Both the position numbers and the translations under genes were made by a program. This document shows, piece after piece, positions 1-8,618 of a DNA stretch of 32,000 nucleotides. Below the pieces are notes generated by a model. It worked only from the letters and a program-made list of their open reading frames with translations. It had not been told where the DNA came from and did not search any database. Where the stretch lies: positions 660,001 to 692,000 of the forward strand of contig NC_003272.1 of assembly GCF_000009705.1 (NCBI RefSeq). The letters are read 5' to 3'. The DNA comes from Nostoc sp. PCC 7120 = FACHB-418. Its GTDB lineage: Bacteria; Cyanobacteriota; Cyanobacteriia; Cyanobacteriales; Nostocaceae. Positions within the stretch are counted from its first letter, which is position 1. The number at the start of each line of letters is the position of its first letter.

Positions 1-1
1 C

Positions 2-109
2 GCATTAGCAATTAACGCATTTCTACTAGTTAATGCTCGAATTTATGAACACATTACTGGTGTTTTGCAAAGAGGGGTATTACCCCCTATTTTAGCCAAT
101 AATCTTTAA
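2..109 (+). CDS. 3' end of a CDS entering from upstream of the window; product unknown
   Basis: Frame 2 is open from the window edge for 35 codons (ALAINAFLLVNARIYEHITGVLQRGVLPPILANNL) and ends at TAA 107-109. The tail is hydrophobic and I recognise no family. Confidence 0.3.
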   Translation, partial: ALAINAFLLVNARIYEHITGVLQRGVLPPILANNL

Positions 110-533
110 TCAGGTGTCATCAGATAAGGATCACAGAAACTATTATGACTCTTTTTGAAATCGCTCAAAACGGAGCAGGTGACAAAAGTCAAAAAATCAT
201 GAGTTTCATCAAAGAATTTTGCAAGCATTTAACTGCATTTTCTAGATGATAAATACTAGAAATGGGTGAATAGTGAACCATCATCAATTTGGCTCACTCA
301 AATCTGGATTATTAATAAATGTTTCAGCAGTTAAACTTTTCAGGAAAACTCACAGATTATTTTCAGTGAATTTCCACCTGTTAATGAATTTGCGTTGCAA
401 AGGATTTTTGTAGACAAGTCAATCAATTCGCGGTTTTTGGCAGACAACAGGCTGCATAAAGCCAAAATCGTCTACCTATGAACTGAGTGAAGGGAATCGA
501 ACCCAATAACTCACATCCAAGGGAAACAAAACC

Positions 534-1172
534 ATGAGAACGCAAATATTAATGAGCCTAGCCTGTTCTCTTTCTTTTTTAGGTTCACTAACATTACCTG
601 TTGCAGCACAACTTCCTACCCAGCCAACACAAACAGAGGCAGCTACTCTAGAAGTTAGTATTCCACAAGATACAGCAATTGTCGTTTCTTTTCCCGCACC
701 CATTACAGTAGATGTAGGGCAAAAAAAGGATTATCCTCTGACTGTATCTTTGGCAAGTGCCATTAAAGATGCTCAAGGTAATACTATAGCGGCGGAAAAT
801 ACGCCTGTAACCATAGTTCTCAAACCAACAGAGGGCGGTGCCAGAATTGTGGCACAGTCTTTAGTAATCAATGGGCGCATTGTTGCAATCAAAGCATCCA
901 GTCAAACAATACCTGGTACTACGATTACCCATAAAGGAGCTAATGACGTAGCAGTGGAGAGTGCATCTATTTGGAGTAAGATTGGGGGCAGCACCCTGGG
1001 TTTCTTAAGCAACGGTAATCCTGAGCAATTTGATCGAGGCACAATGTTAGGTGGTGCTATGGGTTTGCTTTCGGGTTTACGTTCCGCAGAAAACACCCGT
1101 GTTGTCCAAATTCCCCAGAGTAGTATTTATGTTTTATCCCTGGAAGCTCCTATCACTTTCTCTTCACGCTAG
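534..1172 (+). CDS. secreted hypothetical protein (212 aa) with N-terminal signal peptide
   Basis: ORF track. The N-terminus MRTQILMSLACSLSFLGSLTLPVAAQ looks like a Sec signal peptide with an A-x-A-type cleavage site. The rest is Thr/Ser/Gly/Ala-rich with no recognised family. Confidence 0.6.
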   Translation: MRTQILMSLACSLSFLGSLTLPVAAQLPTQPTQTEAATLEVSIPQDTAIVVSFPAPITVDVGQKKDYPLTVSLASAIKDAQGNTIAAENTPVTIVLKPTEGGARIVAQSLVINGRIVAIKASSQTIPGTTITHKGANDVAVESASIWSKIGGSTLGFLSNGNPEQFDRGTMLGGAMGLLSGLRSAENTRVVQIPQSSIYVLSLEAPITFSSR

Positions 1173-1197
1173 TGTCAGGAGCCAGAGGGAAAGTCAA

Positions 1198-2190
1198 CTA
1201 TTGACTAATGACTATTGACTCATCACTAGGGTGGAGTATTGTTAAATGAAAGTTATGCCTATTTTCGGCTTTGAGGTACTGCTCTTGTAAAGGTTGCCAC
1301 TGTTGCCACCACTGGTAGCGATTTTCTGCTAGTAGATTAGCAAGTGTTGGTAATTGATTGTGGATATCTGACTTGAATACATCTACCAGCCACTCACCCA
1401 TGACTACACTGTCTTGAATGTTACCTAAAATATCTTGGATACTTTTGACCTTTGTAATGTAGGCGGCATAAGAATCACCATATAACTCAGTAAATAATTC
1501 CATTTGATAGCGCAGGCGTTTGGCTTGTTTTCTTAAGCTATGAATTGTTTCGCCTTTTGTGGTCAGTTGTTGTTCTATCTTGTCGGCTGGCCAATCAGTG
1601 ATAATTTTAACTTCACAATCTACAATATCGGTTCCTACTAACAACCCAGGATGCAGCAAGAAACTGCTTACTTCAGGTAACAATAAATCTGGTAATACTT
1701 GCTTTATTGGTAGAGAGGCTAATGGTTGATAACTAGGTTTTTCTAACCATTCCTCTAATGAATGTTTTAAGGACTTATAAGACTCATCTTTCAATGTTTC
1801 TTGGGTTTTATCAAGTACACTTACTCGTTGTTTAGTTAAAGCATCAAAAGCTTTTTGCAAAGTTTTTTGCTCTTTTTCTGGTAAATGTGGTTGATAAAGG
1901 GTTTCTAAGGTTTGTTTTAATACGTCTAAGTCTCTGAGATTACCCAGCTTACGGGCAATTTTACCAATATTTTTATCACTGGCGGGCTTTGATAAATTTA
2001 ATGCTATGTCAAATCTACTAATAGCTGTACGTAAGCGTCTCATGCCTACTCGCATTTGGTGTAATGCTTCTGGATCTTCATCTTTCTTAACAGCTTTTTC
2101 CCACTTCAAGGTTTTCTTAAAATGTTTTTGGATAGCTTCGTAAGCGTAATTTCCTAGAGTTTTGACTGTTGTTTCTGTAGCTAATGTCAT
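1198..2190 (-). CDS. CHAD domain-containing protein (stand-alone, no CYTH domain)
   Basis: The 330-aa protein appears all-helical. It has the duplicated His/Arg-rich CHAD-type motifs HQMRVGMRRLRTAISRF and HSLRKQAKRLRYQMELF. Confidence 0.75.
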   Translation of the reverse strand: MTLATETTVKTLGNYAYEAIQKHFKKTLKWEKAVKKDEDPEALHQMRVGMRRLRTAISRFDIALNLSKPASDKNIGKIARKLGNLRDLDVLKQTLETLYQPHLPEKEQKTLQKAFDALTKQRVSVLDKTQETLKDESYKSLKHSLEEWLEKPSYQPLASLPIKQVLPDLLLPEVSSFLLHPGLLVGTDIVDCEVKIITDWPADKIEQQLTTKGETIHSLRKQAKRLRYQMELFTELYGDSYAAYITKVKSIQDILGNIQDSVVMGEWLVDVFKSDIHNQLPTLANLLAENRYQWWQQWQPLQEQYLKAENRHNFHLTILHPSDESIVISQ

Positions 2191-2505
2191 CGCTGATAGT
2201 AATTCTTTACTTATTTAAACAGATTATTGAATGATAGCAAATGATAGGATTTGTGAAAAATTTATATCTAACCTTTGATATGTCTTTTTAAGAAAGTTAT
2301 TTCTTTGTGAGTATTATTGTGCTTCCTTATAGATGTAAAGGTAGAGATATTAAAGATTCAGAGTTAAGAAAGAGGGGTTTTTACATAGTTTGTGTATAAA
2401 ATCCATGAATTGCCGGATGGATAAAATTACACTGCATATTGACTGGAATCCAAGCAAAATAGGGAAAATATTTTGGAACTTGTTTCTTGCTGTGTATGGA
2501 ATCAG

Positions 2506-2533
2506 TCCGGAAAATAACTTATTAACTTATCCT
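2506..2533 (+). promoter_or_regulatory. possible DIF1-type (TCCGGA) heterocyst-responsive promoter upstream of the 2555 CDS
   Basis: TCCGGA at 2506-2511 is followed after 16 nt by TATCCT (2528-2533). GGAG lies at 2541-2544 and the ATG at 2555. This is a hexamer match only. Confidence 0.2.
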
Positions 2534-2554
2534 TAACCTGGGAGGCTAGGCGAC

Positions 2555-3622
2555 ATGGTAAACTTCCATCTGCTTCAACAAATCAGTCTGACATTTGATA
2601 AAACTTTTCAGCAACACAGGGAAGATATTTCAGCTATATTACTTACTCAAGAAAAGCATTTATGGCTGGGGTCGGATGAAACTGCCACCATTGAGCGTTT
2701 ATATTTGGTTGATGGCAATAAATTTAGTGATCACAAACAATTTCGGGTAGCTGAATTTATTGATTTACCAGCACCAGAAGATGAAGAAATTGATATTGAA
2801 GGATTAGCTTATGCTGATAATTACCTGTGGTTTACAGGTTCTCATAGCTATAAGCGTAAAAATATTAAATCAGACAATACGGATGAAAAAAATATTTCTC
2901 GATTAGCCAAAGTTACATCGGAAGATAATCGCTACATCTTAGGAAGAATTCCCCTTGTAAATGGTAAATTATTGCAGTCTTGCCCTGATCCGCAAGATGC
3001 AAATAAGCAGTTAGTTGCTGCAAAATTAGAGTTAATCAAGCAAGGAAATGTTTTGATGTCAGCTTTGGCTGATGATCCGCACTTAGGTTTCTTTGTCAAA
3101 GCTGCAATACCTGGTAAAGATAATGGCTTTGATGTTGAAGGTTTAGCTGTGTACGAAAACAAAATTTTCTTGGGTTTACGTGGCCCTGTGTTGCGAGGTT
3201 GGGCGATTATTTTGGAAATTGAGCTACAAGATTCCCAGCCAGGTTTGATGAGACTATGGGAGTCTGGAAAAGGTGGAAAGACGTACAAAAAACATTTTGT
3301 TTGGTTGAATGGCTTAGGAATTCGTGATTTATGTCTGGCTGGAAAAGACTTGTTAATTTTAGCTGGGCCAACGATGGATTTAGATGGGCCTGTACAAGTT
3401 TATCGAATAGAAAATGGTGTAAATTTACAAGAAAATATTCTCAACAGACCAGAATTAGTCCAAAAAATTCCCTATGGCGATCGCAATGATCATGCTGAAG
3501 GTATAACATTATTTGAGGATGTATCCGGTGTACCTTCCATATTGGTAGTGTATGACTCTCCAGCCAAGAGTAGACTGGTGGGTAATGATAGCGTTATCGC
3601 TGATGTGTTCCCACTAGGTTAA
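2555..3622 (+). CDS. beta-propeller-like hypothetical protein (DUF3616-like by recollection)
   Basis: 355-aa ORF with recurring D-[IV]-EG-[LI]-[AT] blades: IDIEGLAYADNYLWFTGSHS, FDVEGLAVYENKIFLGLRGP and HAEGITLFED. The family name is from memory and unverified. Confidence 0.6.
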   Translation: MVNFHLLQQISLTFDKTFQQHREDISAILLTQEKHLWLGSDETATIERLYLVDGNKFSDHKQFRVAEFIDLPAPEDEEIDIEGLAYADNYLWFTGSHSYKRKNIKSDNTDEKNISRLAKVTSEDNRYILGRIPLVNGKLLQSCPDPQDANKQLVAAKLELIKQGNVLMSALADDPHLGFFVKAAIPGKDNGFDVEGLAVYENKIFLGLRGPVLRGWAIILEIELQDSQPGLMRLWESGKGGKTYKKHFVWLNGLGIRDLCLAGKDLLILAGPTMDLDGPVQVYRIENGVNLQENILNRPELVQKIPYGDRNDHAEGITLFEDVSGVPSILVVYDSPAKSRLVGNDSVIADVFPLG

Positions 3623-4023
3623 AGATTCGTAGATATTGCTTGTACAGGACAAGTAGGAATACACTGCTCACAGACAATGCAGCGCGATCGCGTGAATGTT
3701 AGTTTATATGTTTCTGGGTGCAAGGTCAGGGCTTCTGTAGGACAAACCCCAGTGCATAAACCACAGTGGACACATACATCTTCATCAACGACAATTTCCC
3801 CTAGAGTTAGGGAAACATTAATATGGCGCGATCGCATCCATTCAATAGCTGCATCTAACTGATCAATATCCCCCGATAGTTCTACTACCAGTTTGCCAAT
3901 TTGATTAGGCGCAACTTGAGCGCGGATGATATTCGCAGCCACATTGAACTCTTTCGCCAGCACATAAGTCACAGGCATTTGTATAGCACGTTTAGGGAAA
4001 GTCAGGGTAACTCGTTTTTTCAC
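3619..4023 (-). CDS. NIL-domain / 2x[4Fe-4S] ferredoxin fusion protein
   Basis: The N-terminal ~75 aa resemble the NIL domain of the MetN C-terminus (VTYVLAKEFNVAANIIRAQV...GKLVVELSGD). The C-terminal half has two CxxCxxCxxxCP motifs, CVHCGLCTGVCP and CIVCEQCIPTCP. Confidence 0.8.
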   Translation of the reverse strand: MKKRVTLTFPKRAIQMPVTYVLAKEFNVAANIIRAQVAPNQIGKLVVELSGDIDQLDAAIEWMRSRHINVSLTLGEIVVDEDVCVHCGLCTGVCPTEALTLHPETYKLTFTRSRCIVCEQCIPTCPVQAISTNL

Positions 4024-4069
4024 AGATTTAGCAGAGTCTTTTCTTGTTCTGTTCTAGCGTAAGAAATTA

Positions 4070-4138
4070 GGGGTGTAAGGGGGTAAGGCTGTAGGGGGAA
4101 CATCATCATCAGTCCATAATCAACAGTCAACAGTCAGT
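4070..4138. repeat. STRR-type short tandem repeats in spacer
   Basis: GGGGTGTAAGGGGGTAAGGCTGTAGGGGG is followed by CATCATCATC and heptamer-like CAGTCCA/TAATCAA/CAGTCAA/CAGTCAG units. Confidence 0.7.
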
Positions 4139-4183
4139 TACACTAAAAATGAGATTACTTAATAAGATTTAATAAATTGTGTT

Positions 4184-4762
4184 ATGAGTACTGATTCACC
4201 AATTAAGCCGGAAACTACTGCGGGAGAGAGGTTGAGAAACTTTTTAGTTGCAATTGTAGCGATCGCTCTTACTGTTGCCTTAGTCTTAGGACTGCGGACA
4301 GAAACGGCTGCTGTATCTCTGGATAAATTATATGCAGCTTCCACTCCTTTAGAAGTGGCTATCAGCAACGGTAAGCCTTCAATGGTGGAATTTTACGCTA
4401 ACTGGTGTACTGTCTGTCAAAAAATGGCTCCAGATATTGCCGAATTTGAACAACAGTATGCTGACAAGATGAATTTTGTCATGCTCAATGTAGATAATAC
4501 CAAGTGGTTGCCGGAAATGCTGAAATATCGGGTAGACGGTATTCCTCACTTTGTATTTTTAAACAAAACTGGGGAAAGTCTAGCCCAGGCGATCGGCGAT
4601 CAACCCCATACAATTATGGCAAGTAATTTAGAAGCCTTGGTGACTGGTTCCGCTTTACCCCATGCTCAAACTAGTGGACAAGTTTCTCAAGTCTCTACAC
4701 CAGTTGCACCTATCGGTAGTCAAGACGATCCTCGCAGTCATGGTAGTCAAGTGGTGAATTAG
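4184..4762 (+). CDS. txlA: membrane-anchored thioredoxin-like protein (TxlA-like)
   Basis: One N-terminal TM helix (FLVAIVAIALTVALVLGL) is followed by a thioredoxin fold with a WCTVCQ (CxxC) active site and a GIPHFVFL motif. Size and architecture match cyanobacterial TxlA. Confidence 0.75.
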   Translation: MSTDSPIKPETTAGERLRNFLVAIVAIALTVALVLGLRTETAAVSLDKLYAASTPLEVAISNGKPSMVEFYANWCTVCQKMAPDIAEFEQQYADKMNFVMLNVDNTKWLPEMLKYRVDGIPHFVFLNKTGESLAQAIGDQPHTIMASNLEALVTGSALPHAQTSGQVSQVSTPVAPIGSQDDPRSHGSQVVN

Positions 4763-4867
4763 GATACGGGGAGTAAGGTATAGGGGAAAGAGATGCTTTG
4801 ATCTGGAATTGATTCTTCCCTAACCCCTATTTAATCTGTCTTAATGGGCGTAGCTGATGATGGCTAG

Positions 4868-5749
4868 TTAAACAGCCGCAGAAATAATTGCAGAACCAAC
4901 TGGTACAGAAGCATCCACCGCAGCACCATTAGTTAAAATAGGCTGGCGAGTTTTCAGATCAAATTTGTAGCCATGTGGCAAAATGTGTAGTTTTGCGCCA
5001 CAAATTGCTAAAGCTTCATCCCTGAGGATTTTATCCATATTGTTGTATGTAGACTCTGATTCATCCACAATTGTGACTGAACCTTGGCCAATGATTTCAA
5101 TTTGGCTGTCAGTCACGACCATAGCAGTATTCTCATCAATCCCAAATCCTAGTACGGCTGGTTCTCTAATCAAAGCTGTAATTAAGCGTCCCAAGCGTCC
5201 GCGTTCAGAAAAATGCTGGTCAATGACTACCCCAGGGAGAAAACCTAAACCTGGCCCCATTTCTACAATCTCTAAACGAGGATTGGTTTCTGAGTCACCT
5301 TCCACAATCATTTTATCTGGCATGACTGCCGCACCGGCACTTGTGCCACCAACAACGATACCTTCAGAGAAGCGTTTGTGAATTGCTGCATCAATTTCGG
5401 TGTCTTTGATGATGCTGGTAATCCTGGCTTGGTCTCCCCCAGTAAAAAATATACCAGTCGCTTTGGCGATCGCTTCCAGTGCAGTTGATGAAGACGCATC
5501 TTCACGGGTTTCTGTATCAATTATGCGAACATTTTCCGCACCCAAACGTTCAAACACTCTAATATAATTCTCTCCCACATCTCTGGGTAGTTCTGTCGCT
5601 GCCGTCATAATTACAATGTAGGCTTTTGTACCACCAGAACGCCGCACAAATTCCCGCAATATTTGCGAATCACCATCTTTATCTTCTGCACCACCAATAA
5701 TTACCAACTGCCGTTTGTCTTCACTTGCAGCCATAATATCTCCTACCAT
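4868..5749 (-). CDS. cphB2: cyanophycinase (peptidase S51), cph2-cluster copy
   Basis: Motifs seen are IIGGAEDK, FFTGGDQ, GGTSAGAAVM (Ser nucleophile context) and VIDQHFSERGRLGRL. An alternative and probably better start is ATG 5734, which has AGGAG at 5744-5740 with 5-nt spacing. Confidence 0.9.
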   Translation of the reverse strand: MVGDIMAASEDKRQLVIIGGAEDKDGDSQILREFVRRSGGTKAYIVIMTAATELPRDVGENYIRVFERLGAENVRIIDTETREDASSSTALEAIAKATGIFFTGGDQARITSIIKDTEIDAAIHKRFSEGIVVGGTSAGAAVMPDKMIVEGDSETNPRLEIVEMGPGLGFLPGVVIDQHFSERGRLGRLITALIREPAVLGFGIDENTAMVVTDSQIEIIGQGSVTIVDESESTYNNMDKILRDEALAICGAKLHILPHGYKFDLKTRQPILTNGAAVDASVPVGSAIISAAV

Positions 5750-5931
5750 AGATTTATTTATGTAATATCAATAAAGCATGACATTCGTATGTATAAAATC
5801 GCCCATAAGACTGATTAAAGTACTTTAAAAAATAACTTAATTATCTCTTAGGAACTATTACTAAAATCATCATTATTAATGGATAATATTTCCTATTATG
5901 TAAGAATTTAAATCTAAGTGAGAAGCTAAAT

Positions 5932-5974
5932 ATGCAACATCCCCAACTCATTATAGAACTTGGGGATGTTGTAT
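5932..5974. terminator. strong GC-cored hairpin in AT-rich spacer (terminator/insulator-like)
   Basis: CAACATCCCCAA (5935-5946) pairs perfectly with TTGGGGATGTTG (5960-5971) around a 13-nt loop. The stem extends by about 3 bp. There is no clear U-tract on either strand. Confidence 0.35.
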
Positions 5975-6083
5975 ATCTGAATAGTTGTTTAGTAATGAGA
6001 TTTTACTAAAGTTTTTTATTGGGTTAAAACTCTGTCAACAATGATTTAAAATTTGCACAAAGTGCTTATTTAATTAAAGACTT

Positions 6084-6311
6084 TTAGTGAATACGATTCC
6101 TGTAGAGTAAGTTTGCTAGAAACAGCCTTGCTTGTTCTAATGGCAAATGTCTGGGTTTACCTTGATAGACAATTTGATACTCTTCAATATCTGGCCCGTC
6201 TCCATGTCCAGAAATCAGTTTTAGGTGAAAAGCTTCCTCTGCAAGTTGTCTAACTTCGTCCCTTAGATCAGCTTGTGTGCTATTCATATCTTGATTGTCT
6301 CGCGTAACCAT
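6084..6311 (-). CDS. small hypothetical protein (75 aa) between cphB2 and cphA2
   Basis: The ORF is non-overlapping, acidic at the N-terminus and has no recognised family. Coding status is not proven. Confidence 0.45.
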   Translation of the reverse strand: MVTRDNQDMNSTQADLRDEVRQLAEEAFHLKLISGHGDGPDIEEYQIVYQGKPRHLPLEQARLFLANLLYRNRIH

Positions 6312-6662
6312 CCCTTCCTTTTTACAAATTTTTCGATGATATTACACCCTTCAAAAGTTATATTTTTTATGAGTAATAGGTATTTTTTCATGCTTGGTCA
6401 GCCAATAGCTAATCACCCATTACTCATTACTTAACTCTACTATTTATAAATCACATAGAACGGCTATATACTGAGATAAGTCTTAATTTAAATATGCCTT
6501 GGGATAGTTGTAAATGCTTATAAGTAGAGTTAAATTCAGCCAGAGCAACTGTAGCTTTAAATTATTCAAGATTTTTATGTAAGATAATCTTAAATTGTTA
6601 AGACTCCTTACTGGAAATTAAACGTTACATTTATTAGGTGTTTAGCCAGAGGTTTAGCATCA

Positions 6663-8573
6663 ATGGTTCAGGAAACAAGCACCGATTTAGTCCGCATTAA
6701 TGCCAGAAAGACAGATGTATTTGATCTCTTCAACTGTCTGTATTATGTTGGTTCAAATCCCTATCTAGATACAGGGGCGCTAGTCTTTGATTTTGCTGTG
6801 GTGGAAGATAGAAAGCTTTTGCCTATTGAAGATTATATTACTAGAGTAGGCGATCGCTATCCCCATCTACGGGAGCAAAACTACGAATCCTATGCCCATT
6901 TATTTGCCCAAACTGTGTCAGAAGTGGGTAAACTAGACATGAATTTACACTTCCATCGCTGGAGTGTAAAACCGTACAGCAAATATACAAAAATTGCTGT
7001 TCAATCACTGCACGAACGCACAATCAGATCAGTTGTTTACCTAGTATGGGACTGGTTTGAAGCCATTAACCAAGATGATGACTTTTTCTGGGATGACCAG
7101 CTTGTCACCTTGCAAAATCGGTTTCGCCAATCTGTATACGGAGGCCCCACAGTTTACGCCTTATTGCGAACAGCCTACGAAAAAGGTATTCCCACCTTTT
7201 ATCTGTGGGACGAAGGATTAATGCAATACGGCTGGGGAAAAAAACATATCCGGGGTGTAGCCACAACCTTTAATTGCGACAGCCATATTGATTCTGATTT
7301 CACCACTCGTAAAGATGACTGCAAAGCCTTTCTCCACACTTTGGGTTTTCCAGTACCACAAGGTGAAATCGTCTATTCGCCAAAAGAAGCTCGACAAGTA
7401 GCCAAAGACATCGGCTATCCAGTAGCAGTTAAGCCAGTGGTAGGTCACAAAGGAATTGGTGTCACCGCAGATGTCAAAGATGTAGACGAACTTGAAGTTG
7501 CTTATGATAGAGCATTAGAAGCGATTCCTGAAAATGAACCCGCACGCATAATTGTTGAAAAAAGCATCAAAGGCAAAGATTTTCGCTTGCTATGTGTTAA
7601 TGGTCGATTTGTCGCCGCCACAGAACGTCATCCCGCATCGGTAGTTGGTGATGGTGACTCAACAATTTGGGAATTAATTCAGAAAGAAAACCGCAAAGCA
7701 GTGCGTTTAGACACTCCAACTTCACCGATGAGTAAGATTATCGTTGATGACGCAATGGAACACTATCTAGAAGAACAGCGCTTGTCATTAAAAACAGTAC
7801 TTGACAAAGGTGAAACTGTTCACTTACGGAAAGTTGCTAATCTTTCAGCCGGAGGGATGAGCATCAATGCTACTCATGCTATCCATGATGACAACATTAT
7901 CTTGGCGCAAGATATTGCTCAATATTTCCGTTTGACTTGTCTGGGAATTGATGTCATAGCTGAAGACCTTTCTGAGTCTTGGAAAGTTGGTAACTTTGCC
8001 ATCATCGAAATCAACGCTGCACCAGGTGTAATGATGCACCTTAACCCAGCAGTAGGTGAAAGTGTTGACGTACCTTCCCACATTTTAGAAACATTTTTTG
8101 AGTCTGGTTTAGATGCCAGAATCCCGATTATGACCTTTAATAAAATCTCTGTGGAGGAATTGCAAACCACAATAGACCACATTTTGTTGCAACATCCAGA
8201 ATGGACAATAGGGGCTGTTTGTCGTGATGCCGTTTTTGTCAACCGATCGCAAAAGGTACTGCGTGACGATTACAATAGCAACATCCAAAGTTTGCTACGT
8301 AATCCCAAGCTCGATTTATTAATTGCCGAATATCCAGAAGATACCCTAGAAGAAGACGGAATGTTTTATCAAGGGAGTAATTTGGTAGTTTTAGATAATC
8401 CCAGCGAAACAGAAATGATGTTGGCGCGGGATGTGTTCGATGGTTCTACCATCGTCATTAAAAAAGAAAAAGATGTTTCCATTCGGCGCAAAGGCCTAAT
8501 AGAAGACTACACATTAGGTGAAGATGAACCATTCACACGGGTTTATCTCAAAGAAATTGGCACCATCCTATAA
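6663..8573 (+). CDS. cphA2: truncated cyanophycin synthetase (CphA2-type, beta-Asp-Arg dipeptide polymerase)
   Basis: 636 aa. A CphA-like N-domain is followed by an ATP-grasp domain (YPVAVKPVVGHKGIGV, FRLLCVNGRFVAA, AIIEINAAPG). Where CphA1 carries the Mur-ligase P-loop, this protein reads RIPIMTFNKIS, and it ends about 250 aa short of CphA1 length. Confidence 0.88.
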   Translation: MVQETSTDLVRINARKTDVFDLFNCLYYVGSNPYLDTGALVFDFAVVEDRKLLPIEDYITRVGDRYPHLREQNYESYAHLFAQTVSEVGKLDMNLHFHRWSVKPYSKYTKIAVQSLHERTIRSVVYLVWDWFEAINQDDDFFWDDQLVTLQNRFRQSVYGGPTVYALLRTAYEKGIPTFYLWDEGLMQYGWGKKHIRGVATTFNCDSHIDSDFTTRKDDCKAFLHTLGFPVPQGEIVYSPKEARQVAKDIGYPVAVKPVVGHKGIGVTADVKDVDELEVAYDRALEAIPENEPARIIVEKSIKGKDFRLLCVNGRFVAATERHPASVVGDGDSTIWELIQKENRKAVRLDTPTSPMSKIIVDDAMEHYLEEQRLSLKTVLDKGETVHLRKVANLSAGGMSINATHAIHDDNIILAQDIAQYFRLTCLGIDVIAEDLSESWKVGNFAIIEINAAPGVMMHLNPAVGESVDVPSHILETFFESGLDARIPIMTFNKISVEELQTTIDHILLQHPEWTIGAVCRDAVFVNRSQKVLRDDYNSNIQSLLRNPKLDLLIAEYPEDTLEEDGMFYQGSNLVVLDNPSETEMMLARDVFDGSTIVIKKEKDVSIRRKGLIEDYTLGEDEPFTRVYLKEIGTIL

Positions 8574-8583
8574 AACCATCGTA

Positions 8584-8606
8584 GAGACGTTGCATTGCAA
8601 CGTCTC
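8584..8606. terminator. bidirectional hairpin terminator between convergent cphA2 and DAHP synthase genes
   Basis: GAGACGTTGCA / TGCAACGTCTC is a near-perfect palindrome. It lies 11 nt after the cphA2 stop and 13 nt after the DAHP synthase stop. Confidence 0.6.
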
Positions 8607-8618
8607 CCAAAAATTACA

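Noticed and set aside
145-249. 34-codon ORF (MTLFEIAQNGAGDKSQKIMSFIKEFCKHLTAFSR) in the first intergenic region.
   Set aside because: It is short, has a poorly spaced SD-like AAGGA 15 nt upstream, and has no recognisable family. It cannot be distinguished from a random open frame.
492-504. GGGAATCGAACCC, the reverse complement of a tRNA T-arm-like GGGTTCGATTCCC, just upstream of the 534 CDS.
   Set aside because: Only a 3-bp T-stem can form. No matching acceptor stem, anticodon arm or D-arm lies at tRNA distances on the minus strand. It is at best a degraded remnant, and more likely chance.
6580-6592. Palindrome TAAGAT-A-ATCTTA about 70 nt upstream of cphA2, considered as an operator. I also looked for NtcA-type GTA-N8-TAC sites in 6312-6662 and 15520-15942.
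   Set aside because: A 6+6 AT-rich palindrome is expected by chance in a 350-bp AT-rich spacer. I found no exact GTA-N8-TAC site in either region.
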